Origin: Lingula anatina
Taxonomy: Eukaryota; Animalia; Brachiopoda
Reading direction: 5' to 3'
NCBI GenBank assembly: GCA_051362555.1
Contig: CM120645.1
Coordinates: forward strand, 14,942,001 to 15,006,000
DNA length: 64,000 bases
The notes under the pieces: model-generated
Told to the model about the DNA's origin: nothing
Database searches by the model: none
What the model saw: only the letters and a program-made list of their open reading frames with translations
Made by a program: the position numbers and the translations under genes
Part shown: positions 34,610 through 49,911 of the stretch, in pieces
How positions within the stretch are numbered: position 1 is the stretch's first letter
Layout: each line of letters starts with the position of its first letter

Positions 34610-37600
34610 TCAACCTTTTATTTTTTCCTTGGCAGTCAGTTTCTGCACCTTAACCATCTTGTTTTTTGATGTATTTATCTTTGCTGTAGGTAATGACTTG
34701 ACACCTTTGAAATGGGGATATTCATAGCCAAAAAGAGCAAAATCTACAGAGAACAATTCCCATAAATTGTGGATATCTATGGGGGATAAATTTTGAAACA
34801 TTGTCAGTGTTCTTTCCTTTGTGCTAAGTCCGGTTCTTGGTGGCATAGTTGGAAAAGAGAGTATGTCATCTAGCCCCACCATTCGTAAAATGTAGTCTGC
34901 ATCGTCTGCAAGCGTTTCGTATTTTCCAATTATATCATACTGTATTACACAAGGGTGACAAAGGCGGTAAAATGGCCGCCAATGCTCATTGAGCTGTTCA
35001 GAAGATTTTTTGGCATCGGTCAGATAACGAATAAACTCCTCAAAAGTCACATCGTTCCCTTTCTTCAGAGAATCCTTTGTGGCGTTTTTGCGATAGAGAT
35101 AGACTATTTTTCTTCCAAACACTTTTTGGAAATATTGGCTGTAGGGTAAAGTGAATTTATTCCTATATGCTGACACCAGTCTTTCTAGGGGTTCCCGCAC
35201 GAACATGAACTTGAAATACGTATCCAAACGATACCGGACTTCTTCTGGCGAGTAAGAACTGAGCTTGGGTATAAAATGTTTTTCGTGAGCATCGGAGCCG
35301 CTAATTTTCATGGGATCAGTGGTGTTGACAAGACCCATAGCCACAACTAATATCCTTTTAAAATTTGTTGAAGCCACTTTTGGAACTTTACAGTAAATGA
35401 GCTTGTGCTTGTCATCTACATAGAGATGATCAAGTAAACTTGGGTCTACATTTGATGTAGGATGAATTCCATTTGCCTTGCAGAATTTTCTGACAGTTTC
35501 TTGGCGTTCTTCTTGAATTTTTGCAAGTGCTTCATCACTTAGTGATATTACCTATAAAAGATGCAACAGAAAGAATGTGAATAGCAAGAATTGGCATATC
35601 ACCTTTTGAAATATCAATAATGGTATAGATAACCTTTGTCAAAGTTGTGAACATAGGTCTTCGAAATTTAGTTATGCATATCAAAAGGTAAAAATCTTCC
35701 AAAACAACTAATGCTTCACATTCAACTTAAGCTATTCATATCTAACTTAAATTCTTTAATAATCACATTAGCATTGTTTTCTCCAAGTACAGACATGAAT
35801 TCTATCAGGTGATTTTTTTCCTGCCATGTTACATGTTACAAGAAGAACACAGCAAACACAGTACACATTCATAATTTACCCAGTGTAGAATGTGTTCTTT
35901 AAGTATATCTAAGACATGTTAAAGTAAAATATTTCTTATTATGGCAAAGTGTATCTTCCTATATGAAAGCTTCACAAGATATCAAAAATCTTGTAAAAGG
36001 TCACTGATTTATCTTTACTAATATAAGTATAATTTTTCCTACAGGCAGGTGAAAGAGGGGGAGAGAAAGAGGAAAGTTTGATACTTGCTTCACACTTTAT
36101 CAGATCTGCAATGGGGGAAGTTAGAGACTGAGTTGGGGGGGGGGGGGGGTGCCATCCCCCTAGGCCCCACCTAAATTAGAAGCAAATGAACAAGTAGAAA
36201 AAACACCAGATACTTACCATTCTTCTATGTTGGGGAGGCATGCCATAGATTACTCTATCTGGAAAAACACAAAACAAACCTATTTTAATCACCTAGTACA
36301 TGACCTGCAGACTGAACCACATGTCTTTCAACATGTACACTTTAGCCGATCAGATTTTCTAAATTTCTGGGTTGAGTTTGGTTTATTACATCAGTGAAAT
36401 TTCATCAAGGTTCAAATTTACTAAGACTGCAGCAATGAGGTTCCCCAAATCCCTGCAGCAGTTTTGTAAATTTGAGGAATGTGCTCTAAGTGATAAAGTG
36501 CTTTATGTTTAATTGTACGGTAATGGCTCGAATTTTTGAATGGGGAAAATGATCAATCTTTCACATGCACAATTTTGGAATCGTTAAAAATTACATTTCT
36601 ATGAAGCATTTGTGGTGCTTATACTGTGTAGCATATAACTATATAGTAGCCTGCTTTTCAATTTTGTTGCTACCACTCAGTGCTCCAATTCTAAGAATTT
36701 ATGACTTCAAACAATCCATTCTTCATTGCATTAAAAAGATTGAGCCAATACTGTACTTTCCATTTTTTCTTAAATATTTCCAAACCCCCATTTACATGTG
36801 CTTCCATACTCTATTTTGAAATAAGGGTATTTCTAGCACTTTTTCATGTTTAGCTAGTATAAGGGGAATTTATAAAAGCAAAAAGAGCAATCAGTGATCT
36901 TAGGATTGTCACAGTACATGACAACAGTCATATTAATAAAACATTCATATACTCTATTGATTTTTACACAGGGAGCAATTCACTTCAATTATCAATTACA
37001 AGAAAGGGGCAGTATCATCATACAACAATCATTTCACCCCAACTGACTATGTGACTCACATTATATCCACATTATCACCCTATTAATATTTCAAAATTCT
37101 TTGTGGTCCATTAAGGACAAAGGAAACCGTAGTGTGTATACAGAAAAGATAAAGAAGAGATTTCTGAAGCCAATCGGCCAATTCCATTACCAGCGTGTGT
37201 GTGGTATGTTGTTGTATGATTTGTCCTGGGGTTAACACTTCCACACACATGCACCTGTACTAACACATACATACTGGCTTTGACATTTGCTCTGAATCGG
37301 AGTGTAAATAACACATTAAAACTAAGCTGGCTTTACTAAATGCCATTTTTCTGCACTTTTCACTGGATGTTTATTGGGGAAATTAATTCAAAAGAGACGG
37401 GGAGGGTCTGAGATTTTGGATAGGGATCAGACACTACCAAAAAATTTTGGATAGGGTGTTAGTTTGGTGATGATAGAGGTGAAATAGTTTTTTGGCTTCT
37501 TCTTTTTTTAATCATCTCACAATTAAGCATGACTTGGGGCAATTGCAATGGTAACTAACCCCAAATTGTTATGTTAAAGAACTTGCACTTCAGGCAATTT

Positions 37601-40225
37601 CAGTCAAAGATTTAATTTTGATGAGGGGGGAGAGGTGCTTTGCCCCAAGTCACATACCTACTTGTGATGCAACAAAATACCCAGACAGGTCATTTGTCAG
37701 CACAGCTGCAGAAGACTTGGCCATCTTTCAAGCAAATTGTGTGCATTATTCAGTTTCATATTTTCACTGTCAAAATCCCATGACGAAAAAAACATTAGAT
37801 AAAACAGTACATCAAGTTGATAGCCATTGCCTGTTAATGTTTAAAGGGGTCAATAAGTTCAGAATAAAGCTTGGTGGGGAGAACAAGGAATTCAGCATGC
37901 CTTTGCTAAGACATGAAATTTTGGCACACCCTGTTCATTGAATACTAAGTAAGAGACTAAACATCCAACAACCCCTCCCACCATCACCCAGGTGGGGAAA
38001 AGGGGAAATAGAAATCACCACCTGCAATAGAATAGTATGCTGTCTAATGCCAGTGAAAACCTTGCACTCACTACAAATATCTTTGGTATAAGAATAATAC
38101 CTGTTACAGACTAGTATGCATGTCATAGAAGTTTGGGATAACGACATTTGTTACAGAAGTCTGTGGAAAAAATGTACTTGACGTGGGGGAGGAGGGAATG
38201 TGGTCCTTTCCCAGGCTGCTTTAGATAACTGATCTAAAATGTTATCATTTCTCAAACTGTTTTAGATAGTTGACCTTAAAATGGACACTGATATCTGGTG
38301 AACTTATTGGACCTATACTGGTAGGTCTATGGGAAGGTGCTTCAATAGAGTACCTTCTTACACCTGCCCCCCCCCCCCCCCCCCCCCCCCCCCACACACA
38401 CACCCACCCACACACACACACGGTGTGTTTTAATACGCAATTTTTTTAATCACTTTTCAAGTGATTTATGGTAGACTGACAACAAATTTAGATCATTCTA
38501 AAATTTCTATCATCACTTGGTCAGGCCCAAACTTACCCTTTCATTTTTTTTCAATATAAATATAAACATTGTTATGTGAATTCAAACATCAAAGTATTTG
38601 AATGTACGGTAAATACAACAGACTACATATGTACTTTCTATTAAATTTAATACAATGTGCAATATGACAGATAGTTTTTACCACAATTTATATACTTTGC
38701 AAATATTTGTTAAATTGAATGTCACTTCCAGGCCTTTTCTTGTCTCTAATTAACATCAGATACCAAGTGATTTATTCTGAATCAATGTAGACAAAAAGTT
38801 TTGATTACTAACTTTTGTTCACCTTAAGTTTTAGGTGAAATTGATGTCAGAAGACAGAATCGTGTGAGAATTGCCTTTTAATAACAACTGCTTATCAAGG
38901 TGTGAGTGAACAGACACTCACAAGGTGACTGACTAAACATGTGCCGAAGCTGAAACTACACCATCATCTGAAACAACACCATGGCTACCATAACCCGATT
39001 CAGCAAACAAAAAATGATAAATGATATATTTGCCCAGTGACAGCTACACTGAGGGATGTCTCTTTTGTGGCCCTGCTATGCTAAAGGTAACCAATTCCCC
39101 TGTGGGAACTGAAAATTTGGCACTGAACAGCAAAGATGAAATGTAGATATTTGTGATCCAGACATGTCATATTTCCTAACAAAATGCTAATTTTATGAAG
39201 TCCTGTAACCAATTATTTAAGAGGGGGGTCTTTTCCCTGAAAAAGTTAACTTTTTTACCCTCCCCCCCCCCTTTAGTTTACCCAAACTGAGAAATAGCAA
39301 ATAACTTGGGTTAAATTTTGATTTAAAATAATAAAACTTCTGCCACCAAAAGATGACTTTAAATAACAATTGATTCAGCATGGACCATTTCCCAACAAAA
39401 GGGCATGCAGTTCTTTTGCCTTCTCCCCCCACCACCCATTTTTCCCCAAAATACCCAAGTCTCCTAGTGTTTAAACCATGTGGATGCATCTTTAAGGTCC
39501 GAAGCCAATCTATACTACATCAGTCACATTCACAATGATTTAAATGCTGTCCCCAGCAACCGTGATCTGCCGCACACCATGACATTAGTAAAAAATCATG
39601 GACAATAGTTTTTTGAAGTTATTTTTTTGTTCAGTTATTACCAGTCTGAAGTTTAACGATCCATTCTTTCACCCAAAAAGTTCTACCACCCTATTTCTCC
39701 CCTCCCCCACTCTATCCGGAACTGAATAAACTGGATCAAATCCAGAGTACATGTACTTTGTGAACCCTGAGTTTCAGACTACACAGGAAACTCACTCCTA
39801 TCACTTCATCACCAGCATATATCAGTACTAGACAGGTTATGCAGGGTAGAAGTGAATACCCATCAGTTCTCTGTAGCAGGGGATGATTTGTTTTGGCTCT
39901 GTCCAAGATCTGTTTGAAACTTTATAAACAATGTATGGGGACTGCCTGATAAAGAACATACTTTTTTATGTGGCTACTTTGCTAGAATGACAAATGTAGA
40001 AACACATGTTATAAGATAATTAATACTTATTTAATGATGGGAATCTGGTGTCCAAAATCTGGAACTGATCCAAACTTCTTATTAAATATCATGCACATAT
40101 GTGTAGTTTCTCTTGGTCTTAGCAAGCATGTAAAATGCTTCTGCTTGAAAAATTGCCCTGGATTGATTTGACCAAAGGAAAAACAATCCAATTTCAGTTC
40201 TCCAACCTGTCACAGATTTCTTTGT

Positions 40226-40270
<45 letters not shown>

Positions 40271-41083
40271 GGGCTGAAGTAATAATATTAGGGAAAGTGG
40301 TCAGAAACAACATGCATGCTGGAAAGATCCCAATGCAATGCTTTGTACTTTTTTCCCCTAATTTTCACTCCTGTTACTTCGAGAAGGGTCAGCGTTGTTC
40401 CTACTGTGCTAGACTCTGAGTGGACAGACATAACAGACGATGTGAGTCAAATACAGGAAGATTCCAGCAGAGTTTACAACTGCAGAAATTCTCAATGCCA
40501 GGCCTTGTTCCATGGGATCTTCCTTTAACTTGAACCTTGGTTAGATATTATCTATGTTATTTCCCCATATGTTTCTTTCTGAACCACCAGAAAATGCCAA
40601 CAGACTACTTGAGATATCAAAAATCTGTTACATTATCATAATTTTCCTAAGAGCGCTGTTGTAAATTACGTTTTTTTTTTTTCAAATGTCTTTTAATTTA
40701 ACCAACCTATTTCTGTTATTTTTTTCCATAAAAAAATCCATAACAATTTTAAGAACAAAATAATGCCCAAATTAGGTTAATTATTAATCTTTAAACATGC
40801 ACCTGAATTTTATCAAACAGACAGTACGCTTGTTTTGAATGGGACCATTATACTAGTAGCTTTACTACCAATACAACAACGCCAACACTGTCAATCGAAA
40901 CCATTACATAATATGGCTTTGACAACACTGAATGTGACTGTTATTAAACTGAATTCCTGCATACATATATAGTTACCAACCTGTTGAAAGCAGATTGACC
41001 AGCAACACCACGGACACTACGAGAGCCATCCATCCCAGAACAACGGCAAAAACCCGCATCTTGCAACAGCGCAGCTTCCCCAT
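34610..41083 (-). CDS. CHST11: Carbohydrate sulfotransferase 11-like (HNK-1ST / chondroitin 4-O-sulfotransferase family), ~361 aa, type II membrane protein
   Basis: Exons 41083-40981 (MGKLRCCKMRVFAVVLGWMALVVSVVLLVNLLST, TM anchor), 36258-36218, 35551-34610. 5'-PSB motif YCKVPKVASTNFKR, 3'-PB motif FVREPLERLVSAY, plus NEHWRP..LCHPC..YDIIGKYETL and DFALFGY. Family call is strong; exact orthologue is less certain. Confidence 0.88.
40227..40269. repeat. Poly-A tract (~43 nt)
   Basis: Homopolymer in sulfotransferase intron 1. Confidence 0.9.
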
Positions 41084-43706
41084 AGTAGAACCTACTGGTA
41101 CTAAGCAGAAACTAGGCCGAGATCATCTGAAAAAACGTGCTGTAAATTTCACCCTGAGTCCAAGGCATAGGCTTTCTCTGACAACACCCCCAGCTTTCAG
41201 CAGAGTCTTGGGGGTAGAAAAGGTTTGCGAAAGCTCCTCACAAACGTCTAAGCGCCGGGCGATCCTGAAGCCATTGTCTTAGCACCGTGTTTGTGGAGGA
41301 GTTAAACCGTCCATGTGTGGCTTCGGCTCCCAGAGTCTGCTTTCAATTAGAATGCGTACATTCAACGCCATCTCTCGGGGAGCAAAAGATTTATTCGTTC
41401 GGCTTCGACAAACAAGAAAGTGATTGTTGAAACGCACTTGTAATTGCTGCTTCTGTCGGACCACAAGCCACATGCCGAGGATTAACTCGCCAGATTATGA
41501 ATTTTATATCTCTGGAAGATCTAGGAAATCAAGATTGGGGGGGGGGGGGGGGGGGGGAGAGACTCGCGTAGTGTGCCCCCTTTAATTTTCAATGCTTTTC
41601 TGAATTCGGCTATGTGGTGACTTTGACCCATGCCTCTGCTATTCAAATGATAATCTACGTCATGATTGTTTAACAGGAAGCTTTTTAAAGTCCACACAAT
41701 ACAATTATAATGAATTCCTGTGTCATATTGGTGAATGTTGAAGATTTTTAATAAATTAAATTGCTATACTGATTTCTTGGAATAGCACAGATATAAATCA
41801 CGGTCAGAAAAAAAAATCGTCGCAAAACCAAAGACTTGCATGTACGAGCCTGTAGGCATAGGATGTGGGACTCTTACTACATGTACAAACATGTTTCTTA
41901 AGTTATGTAATTCAAACCAAAACATCATACATTGTATTACATAACTGAACGGAGCGCACGTTGTACACAATACAACCTTGTAGAGGACGTGCAAACCTAC
42001 ATACAACATGCTAGTTAAGTATAAGGCCGTCAAAACACGAACATATTTTTGGCCTTCGTCTTGAATGAAATTGCTACACGGATAGAGAAATATTGATGGC
42101 GCGCTGAACATGACGGAAGTGTAACTGACAACGCCTGGGTGTAGCAGCATTCAACACGTCTCTCATGGTCTATGATACGACTCAAACCTGCCCTTGGATG
42201 ATTCTCCGAATACGTTTAAACCCCTTCTAGGAACGTAATGGTTTTAAATTTTGGCTCTTAAGTGAAGGAATAAACTCGAAAATGCTGCATATTTGCTTAG
42301 GCAATTAAACACGGATAGGAAATGAATCATCGCGTTTTAGGTTTTTACTCATCATTATCCACCGTGATGCAGTGGATTTTACTTTTTCCACGTGCAAAAC
42401 ATGTATTACCTCGGTCTTATAAAATCAGAACTAGTGCCTTCTACATGTAGCACTCCATAAAATGAAGAAATCGTAGTCCCAAAAACGCAAGAAACAACAC
42501 AGAAACAAACGTCATTTTTTTCAAAGATAATGAATATAGTCATCTTTGTCTTGTTCCCCTCGGTCGTGCTGTACTGTGGCTCACTGAGACAGAAATAAAA
42601 TATTTCTCTTAAAATTTCTCTTGAAATTTCTCCTATTTACGTATCATTGCCTGATCCTTGGATTTGATGTTTTAAATCATTTCTAATTAGATAATCTAGT
42701 TCTAAGATCGTTCTGTACATTTCAGAAAGAAATAGTGACATCAATTACTTTTATTTGAGGGGTTTTATCGTTTTAAAAGTCTGAATTGGGAAAGATAAGA
42801 AGCTTTGCAGGATACAAAGACTAAGAAAATATGATTTTAAGACATTTTGATACGCGTATAGTATATTTTGTTCCAATAACGCGTCTTCAGTTAGGACTTT
42901 TAGTTTCAACACATAAGTTAAATTGATGCTCTATAGTGTAATGAGAGCACTTAATACGATTGAATTAATAACAAGCTTTAATAAAACATAATAATTAGGC
43001 AAAATTGCCTCTTGAAAGTGATCACGCGCCCCCTCCCCCAGTCCCTCTATTCTTTCACCTGTGCTCTGTCCTCCCCTCTCTCTTTCTCTCTCTCTCTCTC
43101 TTACACAGACCACACATACCTAAATAACAAGGCGTATTGCAGTAGTGAGTCAAGTGTTTTTCCTAAACTCAACTATCGCAATTCACACTGCCACATTCCA
43201 CTTCTCATGATGCGCGTTTTATTTATATGCACAAACACAATATGCCAGACTTAATTGTTCGCGTCTTAAAATCTGGCTTGGCGAATCGCATATTAAAAAT
43301 GTAATTACGTTATACGAGGAGGGAGGGGCTACAAGGATACTAGCCCTACTAGTAGTAACGATGGCTGAAGACCAGCACGCACTGGTTGTATGATTCGTGT
43401 TCCAGCATGGTAGGTCTATCTTGGCACAAGATTCATGGTATCACGAGATATTGGTTCTTTTAAAAACAACTATGCGTGATGAAGCACAACTCTTATAAAT
43501 CTGAACAGAAAGAAAAATTGAATGCGTTATTTGAAAAGTAAAATCGAAATATATCATACAGCTCATTCACATTGTTTACTTATTTTATGTCAGATTATCT
43601 AAAAATACTTTTGCATGTTTTGTAGATAAAGTCCGGATATGATGACATGGCTTTCTGAGCAGAGGTGTTTTTCCTTTAATTTACGCTATCAGACACCAGC
43701 AAAAAC

Positions 43707-43793
43707 CACCCTGAGCTTCAGAGATAACGCGACACGATGAAGATAGGCTATAGTGAAGAGGTTAGTGTCAAGTTATCTCTGAAGCTCAGGGTG
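43707..43793. mobile_element. 87-bp MITE with 22-bp perfect TIRs and 8-bp TSD
   Basis: CACCCTGAGCTTCAGAGATAAC / GTTATCTCTGAAGCTCAGGGTG, flanked by GCAAAAAC at 43699-43706 and 43794-43801. Confidence 0.88.
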
Positions 43794-43985
43794 GCAAAAA
43801 CAGTCGTCTTGCATGATTATCTGTCCCATGAAGACGTAAATGTAGGATGGTATTGAAGAGAGTTGCCTGTTTTCTATAAATGGAGATGGTTCAGATATAA
43901 TGCATATTTGTTCAGATATTCATGTTCATACTATTCTTATACATGGGTGTAATTACATACAAGATGAAGATACAACGAGAATGAA

Positions 43986-46560
43986 TCAGCCGAGTAAGTT
44001 CGGTATTTCTTCCAACCACAAACGCATTCTTTGTGGAAGAATATTAACTTTGGCCTGAACTGCGTCCCCTAGCTCTATGTAGGATTGATTGGACGTCTGG
44101 AACTCTGGCCACGTGACTCCGGTCCCGTTATTGGGGTTACTGAAAAGATAAAATTGGCAGATCTATGATAAATGGCAATACATAAGGGGAGGGAATAGGA
44201 TGTGTGGGTTGGTTTGATTTTGTCTGAAAACATTACGTACGGTCAACAGCACATTACTCCAATCTGCCTTGTGTAGACTGTGCGTTTGTGTTGGTTCCAA
44301 TGCTACCCATTAACGAATTTTTTACTCCATTTGTGACCACCTATTATATTTGTTTGCCTGCTATTCCCTTGATAGTTTTAATTACAAGATAAGCACTGGG
44401 TGTCATCCTTATGATCACCACAATGACGTCAATCATTAAACGTCAAAGTCTAGAAATTAACGAAATGGCTTGCATCGAACTAAAGCTAAAGCTAAAGCTA
44501 CGTATGTCGATATTTAGACTCGATCGTGATACCCACCCCGTTTTCGCAAAGTTTGACCAGTATCTCATGATCTCAAGTGATAATTTTTGTTCTTCCGGCG
44601 TCAAGTTTGTTCCAGACGGATACATGGTTTTGGCGCCAAACACGTACGGCAGCTCGTCCACGTGGTTCGCGCCCTTTATCCATGGCATCGTGGGGATCAT
44701 GTGATGCGACGGCACGTGCGTGAAATAAAATTGGTACGTCGTCCCATGCAGTGGCGCAGTGGAATTGGCGTGTGCCCTAAGCAGCTGCAGAGTAGGCGCT
44801 ACGAACATCATGTCTCCGTACATGTCCACTAGTTTTCTCCCCTGAGTGACTATGTCCACTTTGGGGTCAGCAGCGTACACCTTGATGATCGCATCCTGTA
44901 TTTTGTCCCGGTTGCTGCTGTCGTAAAAATACGTCACCTCATCTGGTATGGCGTGTTTCACCACGTATGACGTTGGCACTCCCAGGGACACGTTAAACGG
45001 AAGATTTGGTGACGTCAGGGCCAGAATTACAAGTCCCCCTTCCGCGTTCATAGTCCCCGCCATGTAATCGAGACTAATAAAGCGCAGGTAACTTTCCGAA
45101 GATTTCTGTTTCAGAGTGACCATCGGTGACTCTGGGAAGAAATCTCCGTCGACAACTGGGGCGAAAGGGATACCCATCATGTTTTTGACCACTTCATTTC
45201 TAGCGTTTGTTGCTGCTACAAACATAGTAAGAGCGCTGTGCTGTCGAAAACAATCGACCATGTGAGAGTCCTGGGGACAGTGAAGGTATTTTGCGACTGC
45301 CGCCACCAGTTCGTCTTGCTGATGTGACCACGCCCAAGGGGAATACAATACCCCGCTTTCACTGATAACACGATGAAACAAGCCCTTCGTATGAGGAGAC
45401 AATGCAAGTTGACTAACGCTTGTGCCTCCCGCGCTTTCGCCAAAAATCGTCACCTTTTTAGGATCACCACCGAACTCTAGCACATTATCCTGAACCCACT
45501 GCAAAGCCAAGGTCTGGTCCCATAGACCGATGTTACCTGGAGACCCCTTGGTTGCTAGGAAACCAAATATATTCAGCCTGTAGTTAATGGTTACCACGAC
45601 TGTCCCCCCGGTAACCGCCAGAAGATCTGCGTGGATGTGAGACCCCGTGCCTATAGCGTACCCTCCCCCGTGTATCCACACCATAACACTTTTGAGAGAG
45701 GATTTATCGATTTTATCTGGAAAAGAGATAGGACAGCGGTTCATGATAAGAAAATGCTTTCAGGTATTATGTGAAATCTCTACTATCTACAGCATATGAC
45801 AACGGTGTCTAGCCTCACCCGGCCTCCATAAAGCTAAAAGTGTGAATGTTATATACCAACGACGAAACTCAATAACACTTTTTCTATATTGCTGGGGGTA
45901 AAGTATCATTTTGAAGGTGGCATTGTGGAAATGTGCCATTTGAAAAAACAACCTAAGTTACTATTTATGACGACATTTCTCCTTCTCAAATGCTTCTACA
46001 CTGTATTACTCTCAGCCTTGCATTATAATTATCCAATAATTTTTAAATTATTATTTTAAAAACAGCACAAAATATCCAGGTATTTTTGTACATGAACATA
46101 CTAACCCGGAACGTAGATATTAAGGAAGAGACAGTCTTCGGATACATGTGCGTTCTCCAAGTGGGCTATAGCGGAAGACTCCAAAAATTGGATGCACGAG
46201 GCGCCATTCTCAGTGGCATTCAGGACTCCTAAATAAAATGTACCAAATGGCTCGTTATTACATATTTAGTTTAAACATTTAGATAAATCATGTATTGCAT
46301 TTACAATCCGTCGTTTAGCATATACAGTGACACAAACCTTTCCATTTTCCTTTTGGAACAGGTTTACTAAATCTCAGTTGTCCGACTGGAGCCTCGGCAA
46401 ATGGGATACCCTGGAATACCAACACTCGGGCGCCATTAACTGTTTTCGAGCTGCCCCGTAGCGGCCCGTTCTTTGTGTGAACGATTTCTTGACTTTCACA
46501 AGCGTTTATGTAAAATATGGCAGCTGACACCAGCCAAATTAACGTGTTTGACAACGACAT
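43986..46560 (-). CDS. Secreted type-B carboxylesterase/cholinesterase-family hydrolase, ~559 aa
   Basis: Exons 46560-46338 (signal peptide, FQGIPFAEAPVGQLRF), 46228-46106 (SEDCLFLNIYVP), 45716-44537 (WIHGGG, GESAG, NAEGG, GANHVDEL, YWSNFAKTG), 44139-43986 (NPN...WP). 1680 nt in frame, catalytic S/E/H intact. Confidence 0.95.
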
Positions 46561-47275
46561 GGTGCTTTGTAAGTGCCGTTTTTTCAGACACTCCCGTTAT
46601 ATATCGCGTATGTATATATCGTCCTCCGTATTGCCCAGAGGGGGTACTTCCCAAATAGTTCGACAAGATGTGTCATATTAATAACCGTGAGAATTATTTC
46701 ATCCTTATCAATAAAAAAAAAAACAAACGACTACGTATTTCTTTTTCAGAAATTTTAAAAATCTTAATGCAATGTGAGAAAAGAGTGACTTTATAGATTG
46801 CTTTGGCAACTCAAAAATATTTGCCGTGCCTCCCCTCCCAGGTCAGTTTTATCTACGGTTGCGATTCAAAATCTATGGCAATATAACTTATCTTCATTTG
46901 AATTGACTTGGTATATCTCTCGATAACTTCAATCGATATGACCAATCGAGGTCAGATATTTGTCACCATCATACCACTGTTGACATCATAAAACTGAAAA
47001 CTTATTATGAATTGCTATCAATACTTTGGAATATACTTCCCTTTTTAAAAACTCAGCATTCAGTTCCATACATGTATACAGGATTAACCGCACACACAAT
47101 TAATATCAGTTGTTTATTTGAGTTTAATTGAAACGAGACAGAAATGTAATATCGAACAAATCGAAATAATGGATTGAGCTACTCTGGCAAGTCTGCGGTT
47201 TTGGTTCCCTCTAATCTTGGCCCCGGTTTACACTCTAGCAGACTGAACGACTGTCTGAAGTTATCTATTTCCGTC

Positions 47276-49875
47276 CTACTTGTTGTATGTGCAACTTCCA
47301 CCACTGGACCTAAAATGTAAAACATATAGGCCTTAAGAAATTTTCTTTTTACTTCATTACTGTTTATTGGGGCGTCAAAACTAAACAAAATTTTGTATAG
47401 ACCGGTTCTATCAGATTACTGGAATTTAAGGCTCTTTGTGTTGCCTTAATTTGTGAGAGTAAAATCGAGTTCCACTTCCTTTTGATATTTAACGCTGATA
47501 CACAGGGTGCCTTTCATTGCCACAAAACTAGGACAAAACCATCTCTTATTAAATTAATTCTTCCAGTATGTCACTTGCTATTCGCCCTGAGTTATCGAGT
47601 TCCCTGGAACTCAACTTTCTCCTGGCAGTATGTCTTCGCTGTTTCCAGTAACAGTTAGCCTACTGGAAACTGCAGAGGCATGACGATGGTAGAGAGGTGA
47701 GGGTTCTACGAGGGATGTGGTGCTTTATGGTCTCACTTTGGATTCCTGTCAATACAAATGGTCATCTATTCTCCTTTTGAGGTTAAAAAAACATTATTGT
47801 CTGGACAATCATGAACACTGACAAGTCTTTCATGTTCAAGAGCACCGACTTACCTAAATCTATCTTGCCATACTTTGATGGTGCAGGAGGAAGGTGTGTC
47901 ATTCCCTCCAGTGCTGGCCATGAGGTTTTTACCGTTAGCACAACTGGACATGGAGCCACTGGAGCCGTCATGGGGAGACCCGAAACTGGTACACAGTAAA
48001 ATACAGTTTAAAGGCGACATTTAATGCTGAAAGCAATTGCTTGAAGACTATGTCCACGTCACTGTCTTAATAAGGGTCGTTTCTGTGCTGTATTTTTTTC
48101 TTTTTAGAGAGTTGTTTGAGATTTAGATTACAATCATAACGAAAGCCAATCCTCTATACAAAATGTTACGATTCAAGTATGAAACAGTGGCTCAGTTCAA
48201 TTCGTCTCTCCCAATGAAAGAGAAAAAATACATGGCAGGCTATTCCCTTCTAAGAAGGGCTTTTTATACATGTATAGTTCCATTTCCCAACAGACGGCAA
48301 ACCAGCACCTCACTTATAGATTTTAAACCTTATTGCCAAGTCCAATGTTAACAGAAGCAATTAACAGAATCGTAGCCAGTTAAAACACGTACATGTGTCC
48401 GGTTTCGTGCGTTACTATTTTCACAAACCGTCCGCTGCAGTCGTCGTCGCTCACCCCCACACCCGAATACGAACACGTGGACCTCACATAGGCCAACCCT
48501 GGGGCAGACAGAAAGTAACGTAGCATCATGCTTTTTTTTCTTTAAAATATAAATCATTCGCATATGTTGTTTTTTTAATATTGTAAAAGCCATGATCAAT
48601 ATTAATGCAAACTTAGACTATAACTGTAATGATTAATCTTGGGTGAAAGTCGACCAAATATAAGGTTATGAATTACAGAGTGCATTGTGGTGTCCCTCTG
48701 GTGGGAGTTTTGAACCATGTGATGTAAGGAATCAGTGTTGGTGGACACATGTGTGTTGTGCATCTTTGTATGGTGTTTTATTACACGAGCAAGGCTAAAG
48801 ACCTCTTTGCGTGACAATTATCGGGCGTAAGAAATTTTGTGAGACAGTTTTGTGGACTAAGGAAAAAGGACATCACATTTACAACATATGGTAGTCCGGT
48901 TAAACGAAACTGAGAGTCAGTGTAACAAAAATCCGCCCTCCATTTAGTTATAATGGTTAGGGTTAGCCTGACCTAAGTGGGTCAAAATCTAGGGCGAGGC
49001 TTACCTGTACAGATGAATGGGAAGTGGACTTTCTATCGTGGGGGACTCTACCACGTTTCACCGCCACCAAAAAAAATCCAAACCAAAAATTTTTTACAGT
49101 AAATAATTTTGTCTCAGGTATCTCCAATGACGGTGCCTTACAGAATAACAATATTTTATGACCACACATAGGCCTACCTATACATTCCACAGCAAAATAA
49201 AATTTTCCAGCAATAAAGGGAAAGGAAAAATATATAAAATAAAGAAACAACAGAAGAGTAAATTTTACAATACCTTTCCCTCTTCCCGTTGATCCAAGAC
49301 TGTAAAAGAATGATGTCGTTTTTAGCACATTTTTCTCAAGTCTAAAATAATTAATTTTGGATCAAACCTTACTATATACCCCATAGTAGCTACAAATGCA
49401 AAACTTAATCAAAGCAGTGATTAGGAAACCAAATTTCATTTTGACAAATCTTTGCTGCAGTGCAGTATATGAATACACCTGTAAAAGATGCCTGCAAAAA
49501 ATATTTTGGTATCAAATAAAATCTCTATCAGAAACCATCCAAAAGCTTCATATAATACCTACGAAAAAACTTCTATTAGTATTCTATTTCTGCACTTACC
49601 ATGTATGCACCATGGTAAAGTCGTTCTGTTTTTTGCGCGATGTCCACTGTGTTTTGACATAGTCCAGCACAGACTTTTGGCTGGCCAAATTGTCTACACC
49701 CTTACAAAGGGTACTGCCGGCATTCTGAAAGGCAATTTTTGGCGTCATTCTTTTTATGGTTCAAAAATAAATAAATAAATAAATACACGTTTTAAAGAAT
49801 ATACGCCTGATATAAAAATGAGGAGTCGTTTGGCTTATTGGGATAACAAAAGACCATCGTTGCCAAAGCTGTTTG

Positions 49876-49911
<36 letters not shown>

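Noticed and set aside
40135-40419. Poly-lysine ORF
   Set aside because: Artefact of an intronic poly-A tract.
47445-47750. Alternative last exons for the metalloprotease (giving RNPK* or SFVAMKGTLC...*)
   Set aside because: The exon at 47309-47276 better fits the reprolysin C-terminal C-x-Y-N pattern and is followed by AATAAA. The alternatives cannot be fully excluded without RNA data.
48963-49328. 121-aa ORF
   Set aside because: Only 26 nt (49299-49274) fit the protease exon chain. The rest is intron-like low-complexity sequence.
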